This document shows positions 1 through 15,741 of a stretch of DNA of 64,000 nt, in pieces; the stretch's first letter is position 1, and each line of letters opens with the position of its first letter. The notes beneath the pieces were generated by a model. The model ran no database searches. It worked only from the letters and a program-made list of their open reading frames with translations, and had not been told where the DNA came from. Origin of the DNA: the human T2T-CHM13v2.0 reference genome, Homo sapiens; assembly GCF_009914755.1 (NCBI RefSeq), contig NC_060937.1, one strand, 5' to 3'. The translations under genes were made by a program, and so were the position numbers.

Positions 1-43
1 CCTAAAGTGCTGGGATTACAGGCGTGAGCCACCACACCCGGCC
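1..43 (-). mobile_element. Alu 5' end (cut by window edge)
   Basis: aaagtgctgggattacaggcgtgagccacc...ggcc. Confidence 0.9.
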
Positions 44-571
44 TAAATGACTTTTTAAAATTCCCTTTTATTTTATTCTTGCTTTCCCATTAAATCACAC
101 ATTTTCCTCACATTTCTGTGAATAGAAATTCAGAACTTTTATCCCTGGAATTTTTACTGAGTGACTTAATACAGTACCTGGCACAGATTATGGAAAGGAA
201 AAGGAGAGAAAAATGTCTTGGTGACATTAATCATTGTCCTGTTTGGTTAGAAAAGGGTGCCATTAATGGCTTTTGAAGTGTGTAGAATAATAGCCTAGCA
301 GAAAATAAATATTGCCAGAGGAAATAGAAAAGCTTAATAAACTGCTAATTTTTATGTTATGCATAATACTAAATCAAAAGTTCCGTTAGTTCTGTATGGA
401 GTGAAATACTTAAATATTTTAAATAAAAACGCTCCTGCTTTCTCCATGGCCTGTTTATTTCCAGCTTGAGATTATGTTTCAGTTGGTGGAGGTAGCTTGA
501 AGTCCAACATTAATAAGGAAAGCACAACCGCAACTTTGTTTATACTTTTTTATTTAAAAAAAAAGTAAATA

Positions 572-866
<295 letters not shown>

Positions 867-939
867 TAAATTAAACTAAATTAAATAGAACAAAGCCAGG
901 AAATCATGTTGCCAGAGGGCTCAGGAGGGTCTCCAGATA

Positions 940-1290
940 CCTGTGAGACCGCAGCCCCACCTGGCGTCCAGATTCTTGACACCATCACTACGAAGAATTC
1001 AGGGACAAAGGCTCAAGAAGCTTTTATTGCAAAGTGAAAGTACACACAGGAGAAGAGGACAGATGTGTCCGTGACAATGAGTCATGCACAACAGAATTTG
1101 GGGTTTCTGATTTTACGGGTGTTCAATTGAAAGGTGGAATCATCATTAGATATTCTGAAAAAGGAGGGGATATCAGGGACCTCTGCTAACCACCCCCTTT
1201 CTCCCTTGTTTGGGTTTCCTCAGAAGAGTCATGGACATGCCACCTTGACCGGGATTTTGGCCATTTTCTCTCTCTTAGTTTTATTGCCCT
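940..1290 (-). mobile_element. Probable ERV1-class LTR fragment
   Basis: gattcttgac...gaattc...cttttattgcaaagtgaaagtacaca pattern with a minus-strand AATAAA. Family not determined. Confidence 0.45.
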
Positions 1291-2349
1291 AAATTCTAGC
1301 CATACCAATGGCTTTCAGTGCTCCAAATACATCCCTCCATGCCTGGGTACTTTAGCCATGCTTTCCCCAGTCAGTGATGGTGGGCTAGGCACCTTCCAAG
1401 GCAAATGCTCACATACTCTCAGGACCTACCTCTAACACTTCCAGGGCCATGACTCAGAGGTTCCTCCAGAAGCCATGTAGATTACTCCCCAATTCCCCTT
1501 ACTCCATGCATCTCGTACATCTCTATTCAATGCCATACCATACTGAATTAGAATTGCCTGTTTTAAGAGTGTTTCACAGGCACTCTTGTAGATGCATTTC
1601 AAAACTCTGAAAAGTGACTGATACGGAGCTGGTCTTGACTCAATAAATCCCTCAATCTTTTCTCCCGGTCCCATCACCTTGCCTACGTTTTTCTCTTGCC
1701 TGAGCCTTAACAGGTAGCACTCACTGTCTTCTGGGATGGCTCTGCTTATAAGATTCTTGAGGATGCCATTCAGAAATACTTGTATTTAAAGAGTATGTGA
1801 GATGATGAATTTGCTTAACTGTAATAATCATTTCACTATGTATAAATATGTCAATATATCATGTTGTGCTTCTTAAATTTATACAATTAATAAACTAAAA
1901 CTTTTTTTAAAAGCCAAAACTAATTGTGTTTAGGAAACCAATTTAGAGATTTTAAAAATTAGCCCTCAAAGACATTTTCAAGCATGTTCTTTCACCACCC
2001 TTGTACAATTCACTCATTACCTGGGAAAAATTAAGCATTTGGCACTGAGGAATAATTCAGAGCAACAATTCTAGGGGAAAACGAGAGAGCTGAGTTGGTG
2101 ATCAAAAAGAACTCAAGCCAACTTTAAAGGCAATTAGCTCCTAGCATTGCAACCACGGCATCAGAGGTGGGGCCTGCCCTCTGTCTTGCACTCATCCCCT
2201 TCAGGCTGAGCAAGGTGTTATTTTTAACTAGTTTGTGAATTATAATTCCCTTCACCCTTATGTTAATCATTACCTATTTCACAGGGATGCCCTTATGTAA
2301 TGAAAAAACCATACAGGATAGTTTGTCTCATGGCGCCCTCTAGTGATAA

Positions 2350-2737
<388 letters not shown>

Positions 2738-2779
2738 GTACTTGACTTTTGAAAAATAAAACTTTCTTTACTCACAGAT

Positions 2780-3105
2780 TACATTATTGAACAACTAGAA
2801 AATCCTATCAACAACAAGAACAATACAAACTTCTGGAACTAATAAGTGAGTTTGGCAAGGTCTCAAAATACAAGGTTAATATGCAAAAGTCCATTTCTTT
2901 CATATATATCAGTAAAGAGCAATTAGAATTTGAAATTTTAAAAAATACAATTTACAACAGCATCAAAAATAATGAAATACAATTATACATCTAACAAAGT
3001 ATGTACAGGATATATATGTGAAAAAACTACAAAACACGTATGAAAGGCAACAAAGAATATTTAAATAAATGGAGAGAGAGTACATGTTTATATATTGGAA
3101 GAAAA
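2780..3105 (+). mobile_element. Old L1 (L1M) ORF2 fragment
   Basis: ctagaaaatcct...ctggaactaataagtgagtttggcaaggtc...tacaagg matches L1 RT-region sequence. Confidence 0.8.
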
Positions 3106-3706
3106 CATTTTTTAATAATTTCAACTTGTATTTTAGATTCAGGGGGTACATGTGCAGGTTTGTTACATGGCTATATTGCTTGATGCTGAGGTTTGGAATG
3201 TGATTGATTCCATCACCCAGGTACTGAGCAAAGCACTCAAGAGTTAGTTTTCCACACACTGACTCCCTCTTTCCCTCTCCCATTTAATAGTCCCATCATT
3301 TATTGTTGCCACATTTACAGCCATGAGTACCCAATGTTTAGCTCCACTTATAAGTAAGAACATGCAGTATTTAGTTTTCTGTTAATTTTATGTTAATTCG
3401 CTTAAGATAATGGCATCCAGCTGCATCCACGTTGCTGCAAAGAATATGATCTCATTCTTGTTCATGGCCATAGTGTATATGTACCACATTTTCTTTATTC
3501 AGTCGACCGTGGATGGGCACCTAGGTTTATTCCATGTCTTTGCTATTGTGAAAAGTGCTGTGATGAACATACGAGTGCATAGGTCTTTCTGGAAGAATGA
3601 TTTATTTTCTTTTGTATATATACCCAGCATTGGAATTGCCGGGTTGAACGGTGGTTCTAAGTTTTTTGAGAAATCTCCAAACGGCTTTCCATGGTATCTG
3701 AACTAA

Positions 3707-4103
<397 letters not shown>

Positions 4104-4602
4104 CTTTTTTTTTATTTTTAGTGATAGCCATTCTGGCTGGTGTGAGATGGTATCTCATCGTGGTTTTGATTTGCATTTCTCTGATGATTAGTGAGGTTGA
4201 GTATTTTTTTTTTTTCGTATGTTTGTTGGCCACTTCTATGTCTTTCTTGAGAAGTGTCTGTGCCCACTTTTTAATGGGGTCATTTTGTCTTTTGCTTGTT
4301 GAATTGTTTAGGCTCCTTATAGATTCTGGATATTAGACCTTTTTCAGATGCATAGTTTGCAAATATTTTCTCTCATTCTGTAGGTCATCTGTTTACATTG
4401 TTGATAGTTTCTTTGCTGTGCAGAAGCTCCAGTTTAATTGGGTTCCACTTGTCAATTTTTGTTTCTGTTGCAAGTGCTTTTGAGAACTCCAAATTCTTTC
4501 CCAAGGCCAATATACAGAATGGTATTTCCTAGGTTTTCTCCTAAGACTCTTATAGTTTGAAGTGTTACATTTAAATCCTTAATCCATCCTGAGTTAATTT
4601 TG

Positions 4603-4898
<296 letters not shown>

Positions 4899-7800
4899 TT
4901 GAGTTAACTTTTGTATATGGTAAAAGGTAGGGAGGGTCCAGTTTCAATCTTCTGCATACGGCTAGCCGGTTATCCCAGCACCATTTATTGAATAGGAAGT
5001 CCTTTCCCCATTGTTTATTTTTGTCTAATTTTTTGTAGATCAGATGGGTATAGGTGTGCAGATTTCTTTCTGGAGTCTCTGTTTTGTTCCATTGGTCTAT
5101 GTGTCTATTTTTGTGCCAGTTCCATGTTGTTTTGGTTACTGTAGCCTGACAGTATATAGCATAAAGTTTAGTATAAAGTCAGGTCGTGTGATACCTTAAG
5201 CTTTGTTCTTTTTGCTTAGAACTTCTTGGGCTATTTGGGCTCTTTCTTGGTTCCATATGAGGATTAGAATAGTTTTTTCTAATTCTGTGAAAAATGGCAT
5301 TGGTAGTTTGATAGGAATAGTATTGCATCTGTAAATTGCTTTGGGCAGTGTGGCCATTTTAACAATAGTGATTCTTCCAATCCATGAGCATGGAATGCTT
5401 TTCCATTTATTTGTGTCATCTCTGATTTCTTTCAGCAGTGTTTTGTAGTTCTCTTAGTAGAGATTCTTCACTTCCTTACTTAGATGTATTCCTAAGTACT
5501 TTTTTATGGCTATTGTAAGTGAGATTGCATTCTTGATTTGGCTCTGAGTTTGAATGTTACTGGTATATATCAATGCTACTAATTTTTGTGCATTGATTTT
5601 GTATCCTGAAACTCTGCTGAAATTGAAATTATTTGCCAGTTCTGGGAGCCTTTTGGCAGAGTCTTTAGGGTTCTCTAGGTATAGAATCATATCATCAGTA
5701 AAGAGAGAGAGTTTGACTTCCTCTTTTCCTATTTGGATGCATTTTATTTCTTTCTCTTGCCTGATTGCTCCAACTTGGACTTATAGTACTATGTAGAATA
5801 GGAGTGGTGAGAGAGGACATCCTTGTATTACTCTAAAAGGAATGCTTCCAGCTTTTGCCCATTCAGCATGATGTTGGCAAATAAATTTGTCATAGATTGC
5901 TCTTATTAGTTTGAGGTTTGTTCCTTTGATGTCTAGATTGTTGAGGATTTTTATCATGAAGGGATGCTTGATTTTATCAAAAGCTTTGTCCACATCTATG
6001 GATATAATCATGTGGTTTATGGTTTTAATTCTGTTTATATGGTGAATCACATTTATTGATTTGCATTTGTTGAGCCAACCTTGCATCTCAGGAATAAAGT
6101 CTACTTAATCACAGTGAAATAACTTTTTGATGTGCTGCTGGATTCAGTAGTATTTGGTTGAGGACTTTTGCATCTATGTTCACCAGAGATATTGACCTGT
6201 AGTTTTCTTTTCTCGCTATGTCTTTGCCAGGTTTTGGTATCATGTTGACACTGTCTTTATAGAATGAGTTAGGGAGGAGTCCCACCTCCTTGATTTTTTT
6301 GGATTAGGTTCAGCAGAATTGGCACCGGCTCTTCTTTGTACAACTGGTAGAATTCAGCTGTGAATCCATCAGGTTTGAGGCTGTTTTCATGGGGGCTTTT
6401 TAAGGTTTTCTATTGCTGATTCAATTTTGGAACTCAATATTGGTCTGTTCAGGGTTTCAATTTCTTCCTGATTCAATCTTGGGAGGTTGTAGGTTTCCAG
6501 GAATTTACCCATTCCCTCTAGATATTTTAGTTCGTGTGCACAGAGGTCTTCATAATAGTTTCTGAGGATCTTTTGTATTCCTGTGGGATTGGTTGTAATG
6601 TCATCTTTGTCATTTCTGATTGTGCTGATTTGGATCTTCTTTTATCTTTGCTCATCTAGCTGGTTGTCTATTGATTTTGTATCCTTTCAAAGACCCAACT
6701 TTTGGTTTCATTAATTATTTGTATGGATTTTTGGGTCTCCATTTGCATTCAGTTCTGCTCTAATTTTATTTCTTTCTTTTCTTCTGCTAGCTTTGGGGTT
6801 AGTTTGTTCTTATTTTCCTAGTTCCTCTAAGTGTGATGTTATATTGTTAATTTGAGATCTTTCTAACTTTTTGATGTAGGTGTTTAGTGCTGCAGACTTT
6901 CCTCTTAATACTCCTTTTCCTGCATCCCAGTGATTTTGGTATGTTGTATCTTTGTTATAATTTACTTCATATAATGTTTTTTATTTCTACTTAATTTTAT
7001 TGTTTACCCAAAAGTCATTCGGGAGCAAGTTTTTTCATTTTCATATAATTGTGTAGTTTTGAGAGCTCATCCTGGTACTAATTTCTATTTTTATTCCATT
7101 GTGGTCTGAGAGTGTGGTTGGTATGATATGGATTTTTTCTAATTTCTTGAGACTTGCTTTATGAGCAAACATGTGTTTGATCTTAGAGAATGTTTTGTGT
7201 GCAGAAACAAAAAATATATATTCTGTAGTTGATGAATTGAGTATTCTGTAGATGTCTATTATGTTCAGTTTATCAGGTATCCAATTTTGGTCCAGAATTT
7301 CTTTGTTGGTTTCCTGCCTCGATGATCTAATACTCTCTGTTAGTGGGGTGTTGAAGTTCTCCACTATTTATTGTGTGGTTGTACAAGTCTTTTTGTAGGT
7401 CTAGAAGTTCTCATTTTATGAATGTGGGTGCTCCAGTGTTGGGTGCATATATATTTCGAATAGTTAAGTCTTCTTGTTGAATTAAACCCTTTATCATTAT
7501 GTAATGCCCTTCTTTGTCCTTTCTTACTGTTGTTGGTTTAAAGTCTGCTTTACCAAAGAATCACAACCCCTGCCTTTTTGGTGTTCTGTTTGCATAATAG
7601 CTCTTTCACCAACCCTTTACTTCAAGCCTATAGGTGTCATTATGTGTGAGATGGGTCTCTTGAAGGCAACAAACAGACGGGTCTTGATTTTTTTTCATCC
7701 AGTTTGCTACTCTGTACCTTTTAAGTGAGGGCATTTATACTGTTGACATTAAAGGTTAATATTGGTTTCTGAGGTTTTGATCCTATGGCGAAGCTGATAG

Positions 7801-9408
7801 CTGGTTGCTTTGTCATTTCTATTGCATGGTTATTTTATGCGGTCTGTGAGCTATGTAACTTGTGTGTTTTTGTGTTAGCACACAAAACACATGCTCCACA
7901 ACAATCTCTGCAAAGGAAGGGTGGGATGGCTCAGCTTACTGGTCCTGGCAAGCAGGTGCTCTGACTGCCTGGAGATATGCCTGGGCATGAAGTAGAGAGG
8001 GCCTTGCTGTACCACAATCTCTGTACAGGAAAGGTGTGACAATTCAGGCTGCTGAACCAGGTGAATGGATTCTCTGAATGCCTGGAGAGATTTGCCTGGG
8101 CTTGAACCAGGGAGGACTCCCCTCGCACCAGGATCTCTGCACAAAAAGGATGGGGTGGCTTAGGCTATTGCTCCAGGAAAGTGGGTGCTCCAAATGCCTA
8201 GAGTTCAGCCTGGGGGGTGGAGCAAAGAGGGACCCACTGTACAACATCTCAGAGGAACAGGTTGGGGCACCCAGCAATGGCACATGCAGACCAGTTCCAG
8301 GTCACCAAGCTGGCCCTGGCTGCAAGTCTCATTGAACAGGAGAAACTGCAGAGCCCTCTTCATCCCAAACCCAGGCATATCACCAGGCGGCTCTCTTCCT
8401 ATCCCAGACCTGTGATGGAGGAAAATACAATTCCAGTGCCTACTACTGAGGTGCTTTCCACAATTACCCCAGTGTGGAAACCCCTACCCTTCTCCAGAGC
8501 AAGCATGAGAATCTCTGGCCCAGACGAAAATGCCTGAACAGCCATACTGCCAGGTTCCCAAAGAATGTCTGACCCTGTACTCACCCAGATTAAAAATGGT
8601 GTCCTGCTCTTGGTCCTGGATCTGGGAAAATATCTGCAGTTTTCCTTGTGTTTCCCTCCCAGCATCTCCAAGCCTCCCCTCAAGTTAGCTGCAGAGTTTG
8701 GGAGAAACAAAATGCTCTCCCTTGGCCTGGGTTGCTCAGATCCCCAGTGGAAAGACGAGTCACAGACAGAAGCTCTTTGCCTCTCTCAGGTACTGGAGCT
8801 TCGCTCACTTTTATCAGCTGGATACCATCGCGGGGGCGGTTTGCCTGCATTCTTCTCCCTGAGATCTGGGGTGTCCTTCACAATTCCAGTGGATTCCCCT
8901 TTTCCTAAGTGAATTAAAGCTCAGGGAGTTGGTCTCTATGCATCATTTTGCTATTTCCAAGTAACTGAGACATGCTAAAAATCATCTGCCATCTTGGAAA
9001 GAAAAAAAAAACTTGACTCTTTTGGATGAAGTTGTAGTCTTTCAAATAATAGTTAAACTCAACATTACTATTTAGAGAAACGCTGACAAGCAATTTTAGA
9101 ACAATATCACTGTCTAAATTATAAAGCTTCAAAATTACTTAGCTTAAAAACTAATAGATCAGGTTAACTACATGAGAATATTAAGGGGAAAAAAAGCCTT
9201 ATAAAAAAAAAATTGGGAGAGAGATATAAAGTATCCTGGACTAACATTTTAAAGGTAAGTTCATTTACTAACATCATTTTCCAAAATTGTATTATCTAGT
9301 TACCTTTCAGTTCCCAGTAATATCTTAAACCTGTCTCACTAAAAATTATGCTTTCGAGGCAAATTAATGAGCTTAATTTATTTTCTATGATTCTATGTTT
9401 TGACTTAC

Positions 9409-9619
9409 GTGTTTAGTTCATATAACAAAGATTCTCTTTTAATTCTTCTAGATATAGCTGCTTCTGTTTTTCTAATTCGCTATCACTAAAGTTTTCTTGA
9501 GCAATTTACATTTGGGACTGCTCAGCTTCCAGAGCTTTAATTTTGAGTTCCATCTTATTTATTGAAGTAATATCATGCCATCTTAACTGCTCTAAATGTT
9601 CTTTAGATGCTGCTTCTGT
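9409..9619 (-). pseudogene. ANKRD26-like exon remnant
   Basis: ctttag|TEAASKEHLEQLRWHDITSINKMELKIKALEAEQSQM*IAQENFSDSELEKQKQLYLEELK...|gtaagt, with a premature TAA at 9506-9508. Confidence 0.9.
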
Positions 9620-10221
9620 CTAAAGCAAATTAAACGGCTACATTTTTAAAATAATGACCGAAATTATTATTGTATATTTGTTTTATTTTGTTTTGAGTCA
9701 AAATACAGAGCAATTTCAAATATTAAAAAAAGAAGCTAAACTTTAAAATATTTGTCAACAATATCAAGTAAATTGAAATTTGTATTTGAATTAAATCTGA
9801 ATTATAAAAAAGTAAATCATTCTTATGTTAGTACTCATGTAATCTAATAATCCAAAGAATAATGAAATCAATTTAAAATTTTTTAAACTCAACAACGTAA
9901 TTTAAGAACAATTCAAGAGTCTGGCATAATTTCTAAATCACAATTATTTCTTTTCTTGATAGTCATATTTTATGCCTGCTGGTCTTAATAATCAAATATT
10001 TCTATAGGGGAAATTATTATTCTGAAAGACTGATTTAGTTATAACAGTGATGAAAATTGAAATATTTAAAAGGATAAACAGATGCCACCTTCCTTCTAGA
10101 AATTTATAAATATATAAAGTAAGGGGAGGAAACAGATACAACATATATGTTGAAAATATAATTTAAAGTGAAATGAAAGTACATCTTAGATGAATAAACT
10201 AACCAGATTAAAAAAAAAACT

Positions 10222-10496
10222 TATAGATTGACTTCTTGTAATTCTTCTATACGCTGTCTTGCTCTTTCTCCAATCTCCTGTTTATATTGTTTGACTTGAC
10301 CACATTCTACCATACTTATGTCTACATGACTTTTGAGGTCTATTACTTCTTGTTCAAACATGGTTTTTTCTTCTGTAGTTTTTCACATTTTTTGTATTGT
10401 TTTCATAGATAATAACTCCTGTTGAAAAAATTTATTCTCTGTATCCAGATTTAGACATATTAAAGACATAGCTTCCATTGCTGTAAGATCATCGAT
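10222..10496 (-). pseudogene. ANKRD26-like exon remnant
   Basis: IDDLTAMEAMSLICLNLDTENKFFQQELLSMKTIQK (frameshift) ...FEQEVIDLKSHVDISMVECGQVKQYKQEIGERARQRIEELQEVNL*. The 3' end and donor are damaged. Confidence 0.9.
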
Positions 10497-11059
10497 CTTC
10501 ATGAATAAAATAATATATAGTTTGGTAACAAAGGAAATAGGCTTAGAATAATTCTAACACAAAACCAATAACAGTTTGTGAAATAAATTCAGCCATGAAA
10601 AAATGTTATCTCTTCTGTAGTAGATTCTTCAAATGTGGACCCTTACTTAGAAAATCAAGAAAGTTAAAGCCGTCAGAAGTAACGTAAGTGTATTTTTTAC
10701 TCTTATCAACTCTGCCACACAATATTTGCACTTGATCTTAGACATGTATTTTTCTATAATTATTTCTCTGTCTTTCCTCTTTAAAATGGCTCTAAGTCAC
10801 CTCTTAGTAGAAGGCCTCTTATTCCTTTCCCCCATCACTACCCACTATAATTTCTAAAGAAGTTTAACGGACTTCATATTGAGTTGTTTAGGTCTTACTC
10901 TATAAATGGCTCTGCGAGTAAAACTTTGAAAATAAGATTCTAATTAATGAATCCGGTATTATGGATTCAATATCATAAGCCTTTTTCTAAACTGCAAATG
11001 TTATATGCTAATTTGAACTGCACTCCAAGGAGTAATGACTCTTGGAGTTTAAGGCCACA

Positions 11060-12548
11060 GAAAACAGGACACAGAAATGAATCCACATATTTACCGCCAA
11101 CTGATTTTCAACAAAGATGCCAAGAACGTACACAAGGGAAAGGATACCCTCTTCAATAAATGGTGCTGAGAAAACTGGATATCCATATGAAGAAGAATGA
11201 AGCTAGACCCCTATCTAACACCATATACAAAAATCAACTCAAAATTAAATAAAGACTTAAATGTAAGACCCCAAACTATAAAACTACCAGAAGAAAACAT
11301 AGGAGACATTCTTCAGGATGTTGGTCTAGGCAAATATTTTATGAGAAAGAATTCAAAAGCACGGGTAAAAAAAAAAATAGACAGACAGTATATTAAACTA
11401 AAAAGCTTCTGCCCAGCAAAGGAAACAATCAACAGTGAAGAGATAACCTATAGAATGGGAAAAAATATTTCCAAACTATTCATCTGACAAGGACTAATAT
11501 CCAGAATATACAAGGAACTCAAACAACTTGACAGCAAAACATGAATAATCTGATTCAAAAGTGGGCAAAGAATCTGAATAGACATTTCTCAAAAGAAGAC
11601 ATGGAATGGCCAAAAAATATTAAAAATGCTCCACAGCACTAATCATCAGGGAAATACAAATAAAAACCACAATACGATATCTCACTTCCGTTCAAATGAC
11701 TGCTATCAAAAAGACAAACAGTAGCAAATACTGTGCAGATGCAGAGAAGAGGAAACTCTTATACATTGTTGGTGGGTATGTAAATTTATACATCCATTTT
11801 AGAAAACAATGTAGAGTTTTCTCAAAAACTAAAACAGCAGCAACAACAACAAACTTAAAATGAACTGCCATATGACCCTGCAATCCCACTACCAGACATT
11901 TAACTGATAGAAAGGAAATTAGTACATCAAAGGGCCACCTGCATCCCCACGTGTGTTGTAGCACTATTTACGACAGCTAAGAGATGGAATCAACCTAAAT
12001 GTTCATCGAAAGACAAATGGATCAAGAAAATGTTGTATATACAAAATGAAACACTATTCAGCCATAAAATGAAATAAAATCCTGTCATTTGCAGCAACAT
12101 GGACAAGTCTGGAGGACATTATGTTAAGGGCAGGCACAGAAAGGTAAATACTGTGTGTTCTCTCTCATATGTGGGAGCTTAAAAAAAAATTAGCTCATGA
12201 AAGTAGAGAGTTGAATTGTAGGTATTAGAGGCTGGGAAAGGTAGTGGGCAGGAGAGGAGAGGCTGGTTAATGGATACAAAATTATAGCTGAGGTAGGAGG
12301 AATGAGTTTTGGTGTTCTGTGGCATTGCAGGGTGGATATGGTTAACTATGATTTATTGCATATTTTCAAAAAGCTAGAAGAGAGGATTTTGAACATTCAC
12401 AACACAAAGAAATGTTAAGTATTTGAAGTGGTAAATATGCTAATTAGCCTGATTTGAACATTACACATTGTATATATGTATCAAGATATTACTCACTCTG
12501 TATTCCATAAATATGTGTATATGTATCAATTAAAAGCAAAAGAAAAAA
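11060..12548 (+). mobile_element. 5'-truncated L1MA-type element
   Basis: ORF2 C-terminal peptide [16 protein letters not shown], followed by an L1MA-type 3' UTR and A-rich tail. Confidence 0.92.
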
Positions 12549-12799
12549 TATGTATCCCATAAAACAATAGAATATGGGCCAACCTTAATGATTTGCTTCT
12601 AATGAATGCGATGTGTCCTGAGCTTCCACACAATGGGGGTCTGGGGTTCCAAGGGCAAGCAGTCTAAGATACAGAGCCTTTTTTAACCTAATGTTAAAAG
12701 TCACGTAGTATTAGTATAATTTTCACCACATTCTATTCATTAGAAGTAAATTGCTAAGAGAGCGCAGGAGTTCTAGTAGGTTTTCAGGCTGCCTGCCCC

Positions 12800-13015
12800 A
12801 GATAAAGTTCCAGTCAGTGGTCGGCATCAATGACCAGACAAGTGGGGGAGCAAACCTTCAGATGATTCCCGTCCCCCCGCCTTTGAGCTGTTCCCAAGGA
12901 AACTGAAAGGAAAAGGGACAAGCTGTCTTGGCCAAGCTTTTCCCAAACCACAGATTCCTGAACTAAATACATGTTGTTGTTTTCAGCCATTACACTTTGT
13001 GTAATTGTTGGAAAA
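12800..13015 (+). mobile_element. MLT1-like MaLR LTR fragment
   Basis: ccttcagatgattcc...gttgttttcagccattacactttgtgtaattgtt resembles an MLT1 3' end. Confidence 0.5.
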
Positions 13016-14394
13016 CAAAAACAGAAAAGATTTTTAAAAAGAGACAATAAGAATCATAAATTACACAGTAGATATTAGTCTCTTTTAAAGTAGGATCTAA
13101 TCAGTATTGAGATCAATTTATTAATGGCAAACAATGCTAATGAGAAACAGTAGATAACTAGAAGAAAGACATAAGAGCTATTGAGGAGGAAGTTTTTCTG
13201 AAGTTCCCTTCATTTACAAACTCTTATAGCTAAGCAAATGTGCCTCTTTAGAATTTTCCCACAAGTTTGAGAATAAGAAAGACTGAGAAGCAAGGAAACA
13301 TTATGTGAAGCGTAATCACTGGAAAACAACTAGAAATGTTTGGTTTAATGACTGAAATCACACATTTTCCCTGATTTTAATTAACTGAAATTCTAAAAGA
13401 AGCAAGCAGCTTTCAGTATTTATTAATAAATCTAATATTTTAATCTTCACTTTCCTTTCCTCAGTGAGGAAATAAGGAGAACATCGTGGAATCATTTTTA
13501 ATCTTCTCAGAAGTAAAATAAATGTAGTACGCTTTGAAATGATGAGAAATTAAATACAATTTCTCCTTTACCTTCAAGTTTCTTTATATAAAGAAGCTAA
13601 GACCATCTTATCTTTACATTGTACTACAATGCTTCTCCATAACATACAAATTGGCTCTGAAATTTTGAAATTCAAATAACTAATTTGACAATTATCTGTC
13701 TCTGATAAATTGCCTGAACATTTTCTGCTTTTTAAGTGCTGTACTCCTGGAAATTTTTCATTAAATCGGTTGAACTATTTTAAAACCATGTACTGAGCTA
13801 TAAAGTATAGCTGTGCATCTCTATTGGTTTAAGTAAAGAAAGGTAAATACAGGGAATTGTGGTATCTGAAAACACACAATCTGCACCAAGAAAAGGATCA
13901 GCTCACTATTATACACAAGAATAAGGTATGAGATTGGAAGAGGATCTAACTATGAACTGAAAGATGACATATGATGAGCTCAGTTTCCAATGACAACAGC
14001 TGACAGCCCAGACTTTTCTCCTTCCTGGATAGTAAAAATCTACAGATCATTCTATGAATTATAGCGAGTTAATAAAACATAATGTAGTAAACAGTAGACT
14101 GTATCAGCAGATCCTGTGACCACGATTTGATGAAAATGGGACTGTAGAGGGATACACTGGGTGAGACATTAAAGGTATGAATGGGGGAATAAAGGAAAGG
14201 ACTCTGTCCATTCCTTTGTTAGCCTGACTTCCTATCATGTCATGGAGTCAGCAAGGTTGACTTATGTTGGCCACAGGCTCCTTCAATAAGCAAACAGTGA
14301 AGTTAAAGATGTTCCACAAAATTGAATTTTTATTATGACCTAAGACAAATGGTGACATGCAACATGATTAAAAAAGAGTTCTCACAAAATTTTC

Positions 14395-15480
14395 TTTGGT
14401 ACTGGCATAAGAATAGATATAAATCAATGTATTAGAATTGAGAATTCAACAATAAATGTACACATTTACAGTCAACTGAGTTTCAACAAGGGTAAGAAAG
14501 TAATTAAATAGGAAAAGAATAGTCTTTTCAACAGATGATGCTGGGACAACAGGATATCTGCTTGCAAAAGAATAAAGCTGGGTTCCCACCAAATACCATA
14601 TATAAAAATTAACTCAAAACAAAATAGCTAAATGTAAGAGCTAAAACTATAAAACTCTTAGGAAAAAATAGGGATAAATCTTTGTGATTGCATTTGTCAG
14701 TGTTTTCTTCCATATAATACCAAAAGGAAAAATAGATTAACTGGACTTCATCAAAATTTAAAAGTGTTGTGCTTGAAAAGACCCTATCAAGAAAGTAAAA
14801 AGTCAAAACTTTGAGTAGGAAAAAATATTTGAAAAGTATATATCTGATAAGGGACTTATATCTAGGATCTTGGAAAACATACCAGCAGCTCCTGAAAAAG
14901 TTAAGCATAGAATTACCGTATGACCCAGCAACTCAACTCATAAGTATATACCCAAGAGCAATAAAATCATATGCACACACAAAAACTTGTACTTGAAACT
15001 TCATAGCAGCTTTATTAATAATGGCCAAAAGTTGAAACAATCCAAAGGTCCATCAACGGATGAATTGATAAGTAAAATGTTTGTTATATCCATATAATGC
15101 AGTATCATTCAGCAATAAGAACACATTAAGTACTGATATATGCCACAACGCAGATGAAACTTGAAAACTTTAGGCTGAGTGAAAGAGGCCAGTCACAAAA
15201 CACGACGTGTGGTGATTTGAATGATATGAAATGTCCAGAATAGGCAAATCTACACAAGCAAAATGGATAGCTGTTTCCCTAGGGCTGGGCAAGGAAGGGG
15301 AAACTGGTAAAGGATGTAAGCGTTTTTTTTAGGGTGATAAAAATGTTCTAAAATTAATTGTGATGATGATTGCATAACTGTGAAAATACTAAAAGCCCTT
15401 GAATTGTATATTTTAAGTGAGTGAATTGTGTGATATGTTAATTATATCTCAATAAAATGAAAACAAAAACAAAAACAACC
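14395..15480 (+). mobile_element. L1MB-type 3' fragment
   Basis: ORF2 end (LKKLSIELPYDPA) plus 3' UTR (aaaatgttctaaaatt...tatctcaataaaa). Confidence 0.88.
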
Positions 15481-15741
15481 TGATTTGGTACTACTGATTT
15501 GAAGTCATATAATGGCGTACTGCTTGCATTTAGACCATTGGCCAGGGTTCAAGACACAAGAGAATCAGCAGTATACCCTTTATATTATGTAAAAATGATA
15601 TATTAAAATGCTATCGTTTTCACTGGTATCAAGTACATAAAATAAAAGGAAAATTTTTTCTTTCAGTACTCAAAGCATTGAGAGATTTCTATTTCCCAAA
15701 ATAAGTGATTTTTTTTGGTCCCAAAACTGATTAAAAATTAC

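Noticed and set aside
1432-1790. 81-aa ORF and a nearby minus-strand gtgagt donor as further pseudogene exons
   Set aside because: No recognisable ANKRD26 or other protein similarity, so I cannot support it.
13572-13640. Possible small exon ending GAAG|gtaaag on the minus strand
   Set aside because: The translation matches no ANKRD26 segment I recall, and the acceptor is unconvincing.
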